Shown here: piece by piece, positions 23,855 through 37,000 of the stretch
Numbering within the stretch: the first letter of the stretch is position 1
Layout: each line of letters starts with the position of its first letter
NCBI RefSeq assembly: GCF_006345805.1
Contig: NC_042997.1
Location: 137,888,001 to 137,952,000 of the forward strand
Direction of reading: 5' to 3'
From: Octopus sinensis
Taxonomy: Eukaryota
DNA length: 64,000 bases
Made by a program: the position numbers and the translations under genes
Notes under the pieces: model-generated
Databases searched by the model: none
Told to the model about the DNA's origin: nothing
What the model saw: the letters and a program-made list of their open reading frames with translations, nothing else

Positions 23855-24600
23855 GAAAAGCAGGTCTTTTTTTCTTCAAAGCTTGGTTCAAATGCTTTAA
23901 TTGCTGACAGTAGACTTGAGCATTGATTGTTGCATTAGGTAGTAACAATTCAAAGTAAATTACTCCTTTGCAATCCCACCAGATAGAAAGAAGAACCTTT
24001 TTCCCATGAAGTTCCCTTCTCAGTTGTGGTTGAACTTTTTCCCTTTTACCAAGCCATTGTTTACGATGTTTAACATTTTGGTAGAAGATCCATTTTACAT
24101 CACCAGTCATGAGTCTTTCCAAAAAGGGTGAAATGAGTTCACGAGAATGGCAAGAAGAGCAGATGTCAACTCGGGATTTGCTGTTACTTTCGAACAATTC
24201 ATGAGGCACCCATTTTCCAAGTTTAGGAACCTTTCCAAATTGTTGAAGATGACGATGAACAGTTGTATGGTTTGAAGTAAGCTTTATTGCCAATTCTTCA
24301 ACTGATAATGCAGGATTTTCTTCAAGTAATGCCTCAAGGAGCTTATCAAACTCAACTGGATGTCCTATTCGATTTTCATCTTCAAGGCTAAAATCTCCAC
24401 TTCTGAATTTTGCAAGTTCTTTCATTCAAGCATTCTTTCCCGTAAACTGAGTGTTTGTTTCGAGTCACTTTGGCTGCAGAGTTTCCTTTTTTGTACTCAC
24501 AAAGCATTATGAGCCTTAAATGCTCTTTGGATACTTCCATGTTAGAAAGGGTTTTAATCAAAGAAGTTTGAATTCTATTATCTTGTAAAATTTTTTTACA
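23855..24600 (-). mobile_element. Decayed mariner transposase (5' two-thirds) in the HNF4 intron
   Basis: MEVSKEHLRLIMLCEYKKG (ATG 24540), frameshift, then FRSGDFSLEDE...GKWVPHEL...TGDVKWIFY...GKKVLLSIWWDCKGVIYFELL. Truncated by a repeat tail at about 23855. Confidence 0.88.
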
Positions 24601-25399
24601 AGGCAAGGAGTTGGTGTCTCCTTGCCTTGACATTGCCTGATGGTTGAGCACAAGTGTCACTGTCATACAGTATGTCTGTCCATTGGGAAATATTACCTTA
24701 CTTCGCAACAGGAAGGACATCCAATCATAGAAAATCTGCCTAAACAAATTCTGTCCAACCCATGCAAGCATGAAAAAGTGGGCATTAAAACATTAAGATT
24801 ACAAACACACACACACACATATAAGGATACACGTAGTTGTGTGCAACTGCATAACCTAAACAATATCACTAAATACAGAAGTCATTTGCATGATCATTTA
24901 TGACAAAATATAACTAATTTCTATCCAAGTTTAAATTATAAATTTCTGAAAAGTATTAACAAAACTAGAATCTTTAGAAAGTTTTATTTTGACTAGGAAC
25001 CAACATCCTATATTTTAGGAATAGGAAACTGGAATTAATAGCATTCATGTCTTCCCCCAAGGATATCAGTAAAAGGAAGTGAAACAGCAAAAACCATTAA
25101 TCAAAATTGATTTCATGATCTTGCTCTGCTTGAGAGAATTTCTTTGAAAAGGTCCAGGATAGTGGAATGCATTTGGTTTTCTCACTGCTTGCTGCTGGGG
25201 TGATTTTTTTTGTGTCTCTCTGATATTGTGTTTTTTAATACAGGGATGTTATCTCTGGACAAAAACCACAATAACTAGCCTATCAATGGTGTATATACAT
25301 TATGTATGATACATAGATGGCTATTTTAATAAAATAGTAAAATGGCTCATGGAAGAATACCTTGAAATGACCTTATAAAAAATAGAGCTATTATTTTAC

Positions 25400-25640
25400 C
25401 TGGATCAAAGAATATGATTCCTTTAAGACATGCAAATTCCGAGTCATCAATCTCTACTTCTTGCAAAGGCTTTACAATTTCATCAATCACTCTGCCACAA
25501 ATATGTGACATTTCAGTATTTGCTACATGTCGAGAAATCACAGAATCATTTCCTAGAAGTAATACATCTTTCAGTTGTAACGAACGTCTGGCAACACCTA
25601 ACAGAAGGTGTTCTCCTGCATGAGCCCGTAATAAAGCTAC
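25400..25640 (-). CDS. HNF4: HNF4 LBD exon
   Basis: cctttag acceptor, GTAAAA donor. [80 protein letters not shown]. Confidence 0.96.
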
Positions 25641-26602
25641 CTAAAGGAAGAAAATAATGGAAATAAAGCAACATTCAGATTGGTTTAGAAGGTTTTAGAA
25701 GTCAAATCATGTATTAAATACATTCATTTTAGTGCTATTGAAATTATACATAGCCTTTTAAGAGTCTCACAGATAGTAAATGTTTCAGGGTAAAGCATGA
25801 CTGATAGAATTGTACAGGCATCAAAAGAAAAGACTTTTCAAGTACTGCATTGAAAACAAGTTAGCTTGAAAACTTTGCTTCTTTCCAAGCATTGATTTTT
25901 ATAGCAGCTATAGCTTTATCCAGCAAACACAAAGAGTTAATCTTTTGAATAGCTAGACAACATCTTAACTGTTCTAACTCTTCATCTAGAAGTTGAAAAA
26001 TTAGCAACTTCTTGAAAGTGGTGAATTAAAGTGCAACAGTGCATGTTTCATAGCAACTAGAAATCTTTACACAAGGTAACAAGTTCTAAATGTGAGTTTT
26101 ACAAACCAACTAACAGCATGGCCACTGAGCTATTCCATTGTCCTTTATGATACATAATATGTTATAAAATTTGAAATAAAACATATTGGTTGGTACCAAA
26201 TGTATCAAGACCATGATTGACCAGTGTAAGCATTATAATATTGGCTGGCCTTGCATCCTTGGGTATGGTAACAAGACAAAATCATTGGTACAGTATCCTT
26301 TCTTTTTTTTATTTAAAAAGAGCAATGAATAGTTCACAAGCTGCTAGATTTTTAGTCTCAAATTTTAAACAGTCAATCATTCCTTTTGTATTTATTAATA
26401 ACATTATAATTAAAGTAAATCTGTTTTGAAAGTGGCTTCAAAGAAGGCTGAAACTAATTGAGTTAAAGTATGTATTACTACTCGTTAGGGTCCATAGTCA
26501 AGCATTATTGATGCAACAACTAAGGTAACAGAGGAGGTCAACAGGGACTGACATTAGTTCATAAGATATTTTATGATAATTTTATGTGGACTGCTCATCT
26601 AC

Positions 26603-26752
26603 CTGATCATCTAGTTGTAGTTCTCCAAAACATGGAATGTATTTTGCCCATTCAACTAAAACCAGGAGTTGCTGTTTCATGGACTCGCAGACATCATTTG
26701 GTGTAGCGATCTTTTTTGTTGCTAAGTTATCTGTGTTTGGTTGACTTATTAC
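26603..26752 (-). CDS. HNF4: HNF4 LBD exon (helices 1-4)
   Basis: gttacag acceptor, GTAGAT donor. [50 protein letters not shown], 50 codons. Confidence 0.96.
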
Positions 26753-27567
26753 CTGTAACAGAAATAGGAAAACAATTATTTCTGATCTAATGAGTTGAAT
26801 AATATCTTGGTTTTCAAAAACAATATTATATCTTGTAAGCAGTTAATTTCATCTGGTTGGAGTATTTTATATGTTAATCTTCTTGAAAGTTTTAATTTAT
26901 GATCATCAATCTTAGGGTAACACTCATTTTCAGTTGTAGGTAATAGTCTAGGACAAAATCCAGTTTGAATTACAATTGGTATCACAAGATCTAAACACAT
27001 GACCTTGTAGTCTATAGCAAAACAAAAGATGAACCGCTCATCATTAATAAGAAAATAATTTTGTTCTGAATAGTTAACATCTTTTTTTAACTTCTACACC
27101 TACCATTCAAATTCTGAACTATGTATATAAAATAAATGTTGTTCGGTTGACTGTCAAGACTTTATTATTCACTTACAGTTTTTAAACATTTACTAGTACT
27201 CACCTGTTTTCTCAAGTCTCTGCAATTCCCATGTCTTAGCAGTTTGCTAAGTATACTACCCCAATCAATATTGACATCAGACCACTTTTCTATGCCATAC
27301 CCATTCCCCTTGTTTCATCTCCCAGATCCTGCAATAAATACTTTTCCCATCTGACAGGAAGTCCCACTGCTAATCTGTGATAATTCAAATTTAATTAATT
27401 TTAACTACCCTAACCTTGCCTGGTTATTCCTATGTTTCAATATAAGGAACCCAGAAGTTACAGACACTACTCTTGCTCCTCAGATTAATGAATAATAATA
27501 ATTTTAAAAATCTCCAGCTACTTAATTTCACATTGGAAGCCTGTCTAGTGTTTCAAATAATACTCAC

Positions 27568-27683
27568 TTCTCTTGACATTAACTCAGCATTTAAAAGTGA
27601 AGAAATTGATAAAGATGAGCTGGTGCCCAGGTCTTCATAACTTGTTCGCCGAATGCTGATGCGATCTCTCTCATTCTGTACCG
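27568..27683 (-). CDS. HNF4: HNF4 hinge exon
   Basis: AAG acceptor after a pyrimidine tract, GTGAGT donor. [39 protein letters not shown] (T/A-box [10 protein letters not shown]). Confidence 0.94.
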
Positions 27684-29264
27684 CTTCAAGAGACAAGAAA
27701 TTATGCAAAACTAGAGATATGCAATAAATTTAGATCATGTTTAAAACCATTTTTTAAAATTCTATGATAGGCAGAATAAATTAGGAGACAAGTAATTATT
27801 GAAAATGTTCTATTTAAAAAACAAATAAAAAGACAATCACCATCTTACAGATAATCTGACAAACATGGGATTAAACATACTTGATTTACACATAGAGAAT
27901 AGTAAATATTGGCAAAACTATTAAGGTACCAACTTATTAACCACACGATCAAGGTGGCTTACAATATTTGTGACGATTCTCTACATTCTGAGTTCAAAAT
28001 CATACCATTATTTCAGAGTCAATGAATAAAATACCAGCGAAATACAGAAATTGATCCTCTCAGTCTCTTTCTCTCTCTGTGTATATATAAGTTATAAGGA
28101 AGTCAAACCAAGTGATATTTTTTGAAAGTGTTTAATATGAATGTTTCAGGTCATTGTGCAATATAGAGTAGGAAATATATCCCTTACACAAGACCTTCCT
28201 CAGTTAATACATTTCAAAATCAGTCTCTCTCTCATATGTATATATAAATTGGCTATGTGAAGTGCGTACAAAAGGAGTACTTACATTATGGCCCCACCAA
28301 TCCTATCAACCACCACTATGAGGATAGGATACAGCAAAAAAGAACCAAATGGTTCATAGTTTGTATACTATTACTACTGCTACTACTATTATGTTGTGTC
28401 TCTAAGGCATTTAACCCTCAACAGCCCAGAAACTGTTTAAGTGTTGAATGTGTCATTAGCATATAGTGGTGAGCTCAAATTCTTTATATAATATAGAGAA
28501 AACAAAAATAAAATAAATAAAATTATGCCGCTGTAACCTTCATTGAACTAATATCTGAAGATAAATGCTTCATTAATGAATGTGTGTGTAAGAGAGAGAG
28601 TGAGAGATCATTTGTTGAAGAGGTCTATTACGACTGAAATGTGTCTAGAGTTGTCTCCCTTACTTGCCAAAATAGCATTAGTAATTGAGCTAGGTTTTCT
28701 TTTTTCAATACATAATCCTTTTTAATTAGATTCTTTGATGCTCACTACATTATGTATGTTAAAATCAATTTGACTATTGTTTCCCATTATGATGGCATCT
28801 ATGAGTAACTTTTCCTCAGAGATTTATTTTTTAAATATTCTAAATATTTTTGAAATGCTGACACAATGCTGAATATCTATAAAGTGATTCTCCCATTGCT
28901 ACATCAGCAATTATGGCAATGTTTATGTTCACTAAGGAGGTCTAAACTGAAACATATTTGAAGTTGTCTCCCATTCTTGATGAAATAGTTACAATAATGT
29001 CCCAAAGATAATATTGTCTTTCCTTAATGCAATGAACATTAACTAATCTAGTTACAAATATATAGAAGCATTAAGTATGATAACACAAGAAATTGTTTTT
29101 CTCTGTGTAATTAACTTTAGTGAATTATTTTCTTTCAACAAACTATCATTATCAATATATTAAAATACTCTTTTACATGCCTGGGGCAGACAGAATTTGT
29201 TGAAGTAGATTTTCAAAGTAGATTCAATAATGTCAACACATGCAAATATGTATAAGCAACCTAC

Positions 29265-29582
29265 CTTCTTTCCTCATTCCAGCTCGAAAACATTTCCTCA
29301 GTCGACAGTAGCGACATTGGTTTCGTTTATCCTTATCCACAACACAGTTTCGAGCAAAGCGACATGTATACACATGATTTTTTCTCACACTTCGTCTAAA
29401 AAATCCTTTACAGCCATCGCAGCTGGAAGCGCCATAATGTTTTCCAGTAGCTCGGTCTCCACAAATTGCACAAAATTGACTGACATTGACTGCTGGCAAG
29501 TTTGATGCAACTGACTGAATAGAAGATCCAGAATTCAAAGTTGGTATGCCATTTAAAAGTTGGCTGTTCATATCTGGAGAAT
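29265..29582 (-). CDS. HNF4: HNF4 DNA-binding-domain exon (two C4 zinc fingers)
   Basis: tttttcag acceptor, GTAGGT donor. [69 protein letters not shown], with the P-box DGCKG typical of NR2A. Starts in phase 1. Confidence 0.97.
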
Positions 29583-30504
29583 CTGAAAAAATTAAAAGCA
29601 AAGAAACAATATATATATAAAGCTCAATGTGGGTGCTAGGGAAAATATGAGATAGTTGTTGCTATTGTTTAAGTTCAGTTCAACCATGACAGACCTATTA
29701 CCAGAGGTATTCCAGTCATGACCATTCCGTTCATATAGAAAAGACAAAAATAAAATAAATAAAATGCCCCTGTAACCATCATTGAACCAATATCTGAAGA
29801 TAAATGCTTCATTAATGAAGATGGAGAGAGAGCCCATTTACTCTTTTACTTGTTTCAGTCATTTGACTGCGGCCATGCTGGAGCACCGCCTTTAGTCGAT
29901 CAAATCGACCCTGGAACTTATTCTTTGTAAGCCCAGTACTTATTCTATCGGTCTCTTTTGCCGAACCGCTAAGTTTAAAGCTAAAATATGCCTTGAACTG
30001 TCTCCCTTACAATATTATAAAATATGTTCTTTCTGATTTTTAGAATGAAAGTGATTTGAGGGAGATTTGACTTATTTGCAGTAATTGGTATTTATGTGAT
30101 TTCAGCAGAATATAAAGTAAATTTAAGCATAGCATGGTGTAAATACACACACGCAAAGAAATAGAAAACAACAAGAGAAACTGAATTCTGTAAAGCTTTT
30201 GGTCTAGTTTTATCATTCTTGTCAATTCAGTCAGTTCTCCAACCTAAAGTACTTTATACTCTAAGATTCATACTCCTCACTGTTCAAAATCAAGTCAGTA
30301 GTTGTTAATACAATATTACGAGTCAACCTTTCTCTTTTCCTAGGAGGAATAAGTTGAGAAGGCATTTTCCAAGAAATAACACACAACACCATTCCTTCTC
30401 CAAGTCAGCTGCTGTAGTTTTCCAATTAGGTTAGTTGTGCTATTCCCTGCAAAAGTTTGGTCTAGAACCTAAACAACTGAAAAAAACCGCTAAGGAGATA
30501 TGTA

Positions 30505-30719
30505 CAAGGGGGTGCTGAAAAGTTTCTGGCTTTAAGGGTATCACAAAAGACCTGGTTGGAGGTCCAGACTTCTGAGTTTTTTTTACAAGGCTTAGAAAAA
30601 CTGAAGGATCACTGCAATAAGTGTCTGAATCTGAGATGGGGAATATGTTGAATAAAATAATAACTAATCTTCCTGTATTTCTTTTTACTAAAAGTTGGGA
30701 ACTTTTCAGTATCCCCTTG
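30505..30719. mobile_element. Mariner-derived MITE (215 bp)
   Basis: TA|caagggggtgctgaaaagtttc ... gaacttttcagtatccccttg|TA: terminal inverted repeats with a TA duplication. Confidence 0.85.
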
Positions 30720-30789
30720 TATGAAAACTTGGTACTTCTTTTTATCTGTTTATTATGAAAAATCTGTTTAAATTATTAATCCTGCTCAA

Positions 30790-31952
30790 TTCTAAAAATG
30801 ATTAGAGTGAGAAACGATTCTTTTATTGATCATCTCTAAAATTATTAGTTTTGGCTTAGAAGCTAGAATGTCATTAGCATTCTTATACTATAACAAATTC
30901 AGTCATGTGTCCCCAATGAATATATATCACTCATGCTGACTCAATTCAAATGTTTGGTGTATCAAGAAGTACTGTCTCGAAAGTAATGTCAACCTTTGAA
31001 AAAGAGGGAAAAACCTCCTCGTTGAAACAAAACTCTGGAAGAAAACCAAAACTTTCAGATAGAGACTGTTGGACTCTTACATTTTTAAAAAGGATCACAA
31101 AAGTACAGCTCCCAAAATTACTGCAGAGCTTAATGACCACTTCAAGAACCCAGTTTCCAAAAAAACTGTTCACCAGGAGCTGCACAAAGCCGGATCTCAC
31201 AGGAGGGCTGCAATCAGAAAACCACTACTTTCAAAAACAAACATTGCAAAGCATCTAGAGTGGAGTAAAAACCTACAGAATTGGTTCCTAGAGCAGTGGA
31301 AGAATGTTATTTTCTTAGATGAGTCATCCGTTACCTTATTTCTGACCACCAGCCAAGTATATGTGTGGAGACAGCCAAAAGAAGCATTTGACCCAGACTG
31401 CCTTCTTTCAACTGTTAAACATGGAGGAGGATCTGTGATGATCTGGGGCGGGGGGGATATCTTGGGAATCCGCCAGCCTAATGGCTTCCCTTCATGGCAG
31501 AATTAATAGTCAAGACTATTTAAGCATTTTATCTGATCAAATTTATCCTATGGTTACGGAACTGTTTTCAGAGGGAAATGCAACCTTCCAGGATGATAAT
31601 GCACCAATTCACATAGCTAAAGTTGTTACTGAATAGCACGAGGAACATTCTAGTGAAGTTGAATGTAATATCTGGCCACCACAGTCCCCAAATCTCAATA
31701 TTATTGAATATTTATGGTGCATTTTAGAAAAACAAGTAAGGAGTCAATATCCTCCACCATCATCACTACAAGAACTGGAGACTGTTTTAGCAGAAGAATG
31801 GACAAAAATTCCTTTGAAAACAATTCAAACTTAATACGAGTCCATACCTCATAGAATTCAAACTGTAATTACTGCCAGAGGTGGTCCTACCCCATATTAA
31901 AATAAATTTGTTTGAAATTTTAAGGTGTTTCCATTATTTTGTCCAACCCCTG
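30790..31952 (+). mobile_element. Tc1-like transposon remnant with DD36E spacing (Incomer-like)
   Basis: GVSRSTVSKV HTH, SGRKPKL, VIFLDESS, TVKHGGGSVMIWG, FQDDNAPIH...WPPQSPNLNIIEYLW. Right TIR ggtgtttccattattttgtccaacccctg|TA ends at 31952. Frameshifts and stops; left TIR not seen. Confidence 0.88.
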
Positions 31953-31954
31953 TA

Positions 31955-33300
31955 TATTCTCATCCAGGCAACTCAATCAGTTTGATCACACCTCATTCCC
32001 ACAATTTAATGCAAAAACTTACATGAAATTTTTTTACAAATAATAATTCTGATTAAAAAATAAGATAAAGTTCTTTTCTAATCTAAAATGTACACTCCTT
32101 CATTTTCTACAATGCTCTTCCATCTATCTGGTAGACTTGCAAGACCCATCTTCCAAACTTCACTTATCCATGACAAAAAATACTCCTGCAGTTCTGTTCT
32201 GACCTCGTCTACAGAATTCATATTTTTTTCCGTCCAAATGATTTTGAAGACTGCGGAATAAATAATAATCAGATGGGGCAATGTCCTACAAATATGGTGG
32301 GCGGGGCATCGTTTCCCATTCATACTGCTCAAGCCTTTGGAATGTCATCCTTGCTGTATGTGGCTGAGCATTATCCTGATGGAAGAACACCTTTCATTTT
32401 GAAACCAAAGTTGGTCATTTTTTTTTTCTAGTACTGACTTAAGCTGCTTGCAGTAGATCTCCTTTGTTATTCATTTGGTTTGTGTTTAAAATTTCAAAGT
32501 AGACTAAACCTTTTATATCCCACCAAAAAGATAAAAACACCTTGCAGGGGTGAAGACCTTTAACCAGAGATGCCAGTATTTCTCCTCTCCCTACCCACTG
32601 TCTTTAGTGCTTGACATTTTCAATAGAGAACCCATTTCTCATCACCAGTTACTCTTTGGTCAAAAAAAAGGTTCATTCATGAAACATGGCAGCAAAGAAG
32701 AGCACACATTCACTTGCTGAGTGCAATTAGACTCAGAAAGTTTGTGTGGAACCCATTGACCCAATTTCCTGACTTTTCTGATGGCATGCAGGTGTCAATG
32801 AATGGTTGAATGATCAAATCCAAGCTTCTCTGCTAGTTCCTCCATGGGATTTTGTTCTACCAGGGTTTGCAGGATATCCTTGTCAGGCTCTACAGATCTT
32901 CCAGGATGATGCTCATCTTCTAGGCTGTAGTTTCTGGCTCAGAATTTCTGTTGACATTGGCTTATGCTTATTGTCCAATCCCCATATACTGCATTAATAT
33001 TCCTCGCACTTTCCATTGGGTTGCTGCCTTTATTGAACTCATAAAGCAAAATATGCTGAATATTCTGCCTTGTCTCTTCCATTATAGCTTTGAAAAAATA
33101 ACTGCTAAAATCGAACTGCACTCTTCAAAACTTGCACTAAGAATAAACACAAGGTAAAATTACTACCTGCTTTTATAGTTGATGAAGGTAGTTTATCCTG
33201 TCCCCCTCCAACTTTTAGTTCATGCAATTGAAAAAATGGCATATTAGGTAATAATCCAATTATATAACCTTATGCTCATCAGAGTTAGCCAATATGGAAA
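31955..33300 (-). mobile_element. Decayed mariner (DD34D) element
   Basis: MEETRQNIQHILLYEFNKG..., QWVPHKLSE (about 32740-32760), HQDNAQPH...PPYL*DIAPSDYYLFRSLQN (34 residues between the Asp residues), SLPDRWKSIVENEGVY. Confidence 0.85.
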
Positions 33301-33376
33301 GGAATATGGTAACTGCTCTCTATTTTCGGAGGTGGATTAACACAGCCTGTAAGCAGCAGCTAGATGACTTGTGCAC

Positions 33377-33437
<61 letters not shown>

Positions 33438-33999
33438 CACATGCGTTTATATATATATATATAAGGCTTCTGGTCAACAAATTTTCCCTCTCTGTCTTCC
33501 ACGATAATCCAGCGTTTGCAATACTTTTTTCGTCTGGCGTTAACAGCCCTTCTTATCTTGTTCTCCTTGTCCTGTCTCTCACTGTTATATATTTATTTTT
33601 CCACTGTTTATATATATATTTTTTACTGTTTATATGTTTGTACTGTCGTTACCGTCTTGCTTTTTTTTTACCCCTCTGCGAAAAGATCTCAGAATTTTAA
33701 TTGATTTGCTTTTCGCGGGAAGGAATTTTTCTTCGAAGTATACGTCTCGCTTTTATCCTTCGAAACGTTTAGTAGATGAAATCTTAGCGACTGAAGAAGG
33801 GGATTTTTCGTTGTGCTTATTGTCCTGTATCTCTCCCTTTTTTTTGCTCGTCTTGTTCCTTGGTTTGTGTCTATGTGTTTCGTCTCTCTATGTGTTCGAC
33901 GTCTTTTTGGTGTCCTGTACACATATATGCGTGTATATGTACATGTAGAGGTAGGTACGTACATATATGTTTATATATATGCATATATTCTATTTTATT

Positions 34000-34043
<44 letters not shown>

Positions 34044-37000
34044 TAAACATTAAAATAAATGTGCAACGTTTCATTTGCAAATATTGAGTGTTAAATCAAA
34101 GTAAAATCTGCAAAATGGCAAGACAAAGAAGTCCTTATGAGGTTGTTCAATCTGCTAGAAACAGCAGCCCAACACTTCCCTCAAATCCCACCATACAATC
34201 TTAAATAATGAAAAGATATATTGGATAATATAGTTATAGCTATCACTAATCTTTTACTTATTTCAGTCATTCGACTGCATCCATACTGGGGCACCACCTT
34301 GAAATTTTAGTTGAATGTAGTGACCCCAGTAGTTTTTATTTAAAGCCTGGTACTTATTCTATTGGTGTCTTTTTGCTGAACCACTAAGTTACAGGGATAT
34401 AAACACACCAGCTTCAGTTGCCATGTGGTGGTGGAGAGACAAACATAGGCACAAAGACAAACACACACATATACACACACAGATGCATACATATACATAC
34501 ACACACACACACACATATATACAAACATGCGCACAGACAGACAGACACACACACAGAATGGGCTTCTTTCAGTTTTTCATCTACCAGATCCACTCAAAAG
34601 GCTTTGGTTGGCCTGAGGTTATAGCAGAAGACCAGAACCATGTTGTTGGGAAGCAAGCTTCTTACCACACAGACACACCTGTGCCTCATTAAAAAAAAAG
34701 TTTTAAAAATGATGGGATTGTTATGACAAGAATATCATTGATTATAAATCTGCTCAATCAAAGCTGAGCTGATCTGGAGTTGAACAATAACGAATTCATG
34801 AAAAATGCTAAAATTACATTATATTTTTAACACCACTTCCTTCAAAGAATTCAAGAGTATGAGCACAAATATGTGTATGAATATGATGTTGAAAATAATT
34901 GCTATAACTAATTAAAAAAAAAATTTCTATTGTTTCCAAAGTTTGTTGATTTCATTTCTTTAAATTTTTTAAATCTATTTTTCTTTAAATATTATACTCT
35001 TCAAGCTGTTTCACTGATGCAATACAGCATCAGACAGAGTCTATAAGCTTGAAAAACATAATGGAATTTTAAACTAAATTTAGTTATAGACATGTTTTCA
35101 GTACAATATCCTTAGGTAGAGAAAAAGCAGCTGCTTCTTCATGTATTACAGACACACACAATCATTAAATTCATACATCAAAGTAGCTTCATTCAAACCA
35201 ATATCTGTGTGAGAATTCAGCTAGTTTATGATACAAACAGAACTTATTTCCTTTCACTCATTCCATTTCTTGTTGAAATGAAAAAAAAAAAAATGTTTTG
35301 AAGGGGGCGTGGACTACAACAAATATACTTGGCTTCAACCTTCAACAATTGATCTGCTAGAAATAGCAACCATATTTCACTAAAATCCCATTATCTTATC
35401 AAAAAAAAAAAAAAAAAGGAATGACAAATTAGATAATGTAGTCTGAAATAAGCTCCACTTGAAAAGCTGGGATGGTCATGGCTAGGAAGCCTTTGATTAA
35501 ATGCTTAACCTATAGTTACACAATAACATCAGCACCACCATCGCCAACAATACAAGGCTACAAATTATGAAACTTTTTTTTCTTTTTTAGTGTCTAGAAA
35601 ATATCAATTCAAAACAACATTGTGTTTCTTTCAGTAGGGGGAGTGACCAATGTTAACCAACAAAATAGATCAGTAATATTACTAAAACCTAATAGTTAAT
35701 TAGAAAATAGAGGCAGAGATATTTCCTCTCCTCAGATACTTCTAACAATCTTTCAAATCTCATAATAATGCTTCTAATATGTTTAAAGTATGTGTATAAC
35801 TGAAACCACCCCTTCTAATGCTTTCCCTAACAACTCAAAACTCAAATGGTCCCTAAAGGCAACTGATGAATTAACTAGCCTCTTATTCTAGCTACCTACT
35901 ATGAAAATGTAAAATTGAAAGTGTAAAACAAGACAAGGGATGGAAGGCAGGAAAGGAGAGAGGAAGAACTGTTTATTAGTAAATTATTTTTTTAAACACT
36001 GAGATATTGGTCACTCAGCCTGCAGAAAACAAATCACAGTCACGCAACATGATCTTAAAAGCTCAATTGAACAATATAGTTCTCAATATGCAAATGATAT
36101 TTTCATAGTCAGAACACCATTAGTTTTATTGGACAACTTATCTGGAAATACACAGCAACAAAAAAGTTTACTTCAAACCGGCAAGGGAAAGTCTTGACAT
36201 GGACACTTGACCTGCTAGATATAGCAGCCAAATTTCAATTTACATCCTATGATCTTAGGGAAAGACATTAGAAAATGTAGTCCTCTATACACACACATAC
36301 ACAAATAGATGAAATAATGTAATGTTATCCTTATTGCAATGACTAGCAGAAAACTTTGCTCCTGTCATTTTTCCTAATAATAAAAGATGACATAGAATAC
36401 AGCTTTAAATTTACAAGAGAAAAATTCACTAAAATTCCAGGTACACTATAATGACCTCTACTCTTATTTACTATGTGTTTATTTATGAAATGAATAGTCA
36501 ATACTTTTATAGACTATTTTGTTCAATCTGTTAAACCTTAGACTCATTCTACCTTAGACTTGTCAAAAAAAAAAAAAAAAAGAAAAAGAAAAGTTTACTG
36601 TAAGATGGATGTGAGACTAATTTTGTAGTAGAGTGAAGTAGTAACAAATTTATTTAGGTACATATTACTGTTACTATTTTGTCAACTCTAGACTGATGAA
36701 AAAAGTTACTAGATACAGTAGAGAATTCAATATTATACTGTAACATCCACTATTAAATACATCCACAATATTAAATATTAAAAACATCCACAAAATAACT
36801 CTCCATCCCCTCATTATTTTGAAAATGTGTACAGATATTATGAAAATAAGGAGCTAGAAATGTCAGTATCTGACAAACATTTTCCTCTAGTATGACCAAA
36901 ATGCTAAATTGGATGTCTTTTTGATCGACTGACTTATGATACACAAGCTACAAACAAAAGCTGTAACTTATGTCAGCTGATTTTATGGAAAGGACTTTTA

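Noticed and set aside
23748-24425. Domesticated SETMAR-like gene (225-aa ORF)
   Set aside because: Frameshifted N-terminus, first catalytic motif altered (TGDVKW), truncated before the second Asp; a decayed transposon.
27204-27328. Extra HNF4 exon (tgcag acceptor, CAG|GTGAGT donor)
   Set aside because: 125 nt, with stops in all three frames, lying antisense in a LINE-like 3' remnant. Could only be a rare poison exon, and there is no evidence of use.
33755-33810. Hammerhead ribozyme (CTGAAGA and CGAAAC cores)
   Set aside because: The cores are in permuted order, only about 24 nt apart, and I could not build convincing stems I-III. At most a degenerate remnant.
33320-34692. Numerous 60-110-aa ORFs rich in YI/HT/CV
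   Set aside because: Translations of (TA)n, (CA)n and SINE sequence; the same applies to most short ORFs in the track.
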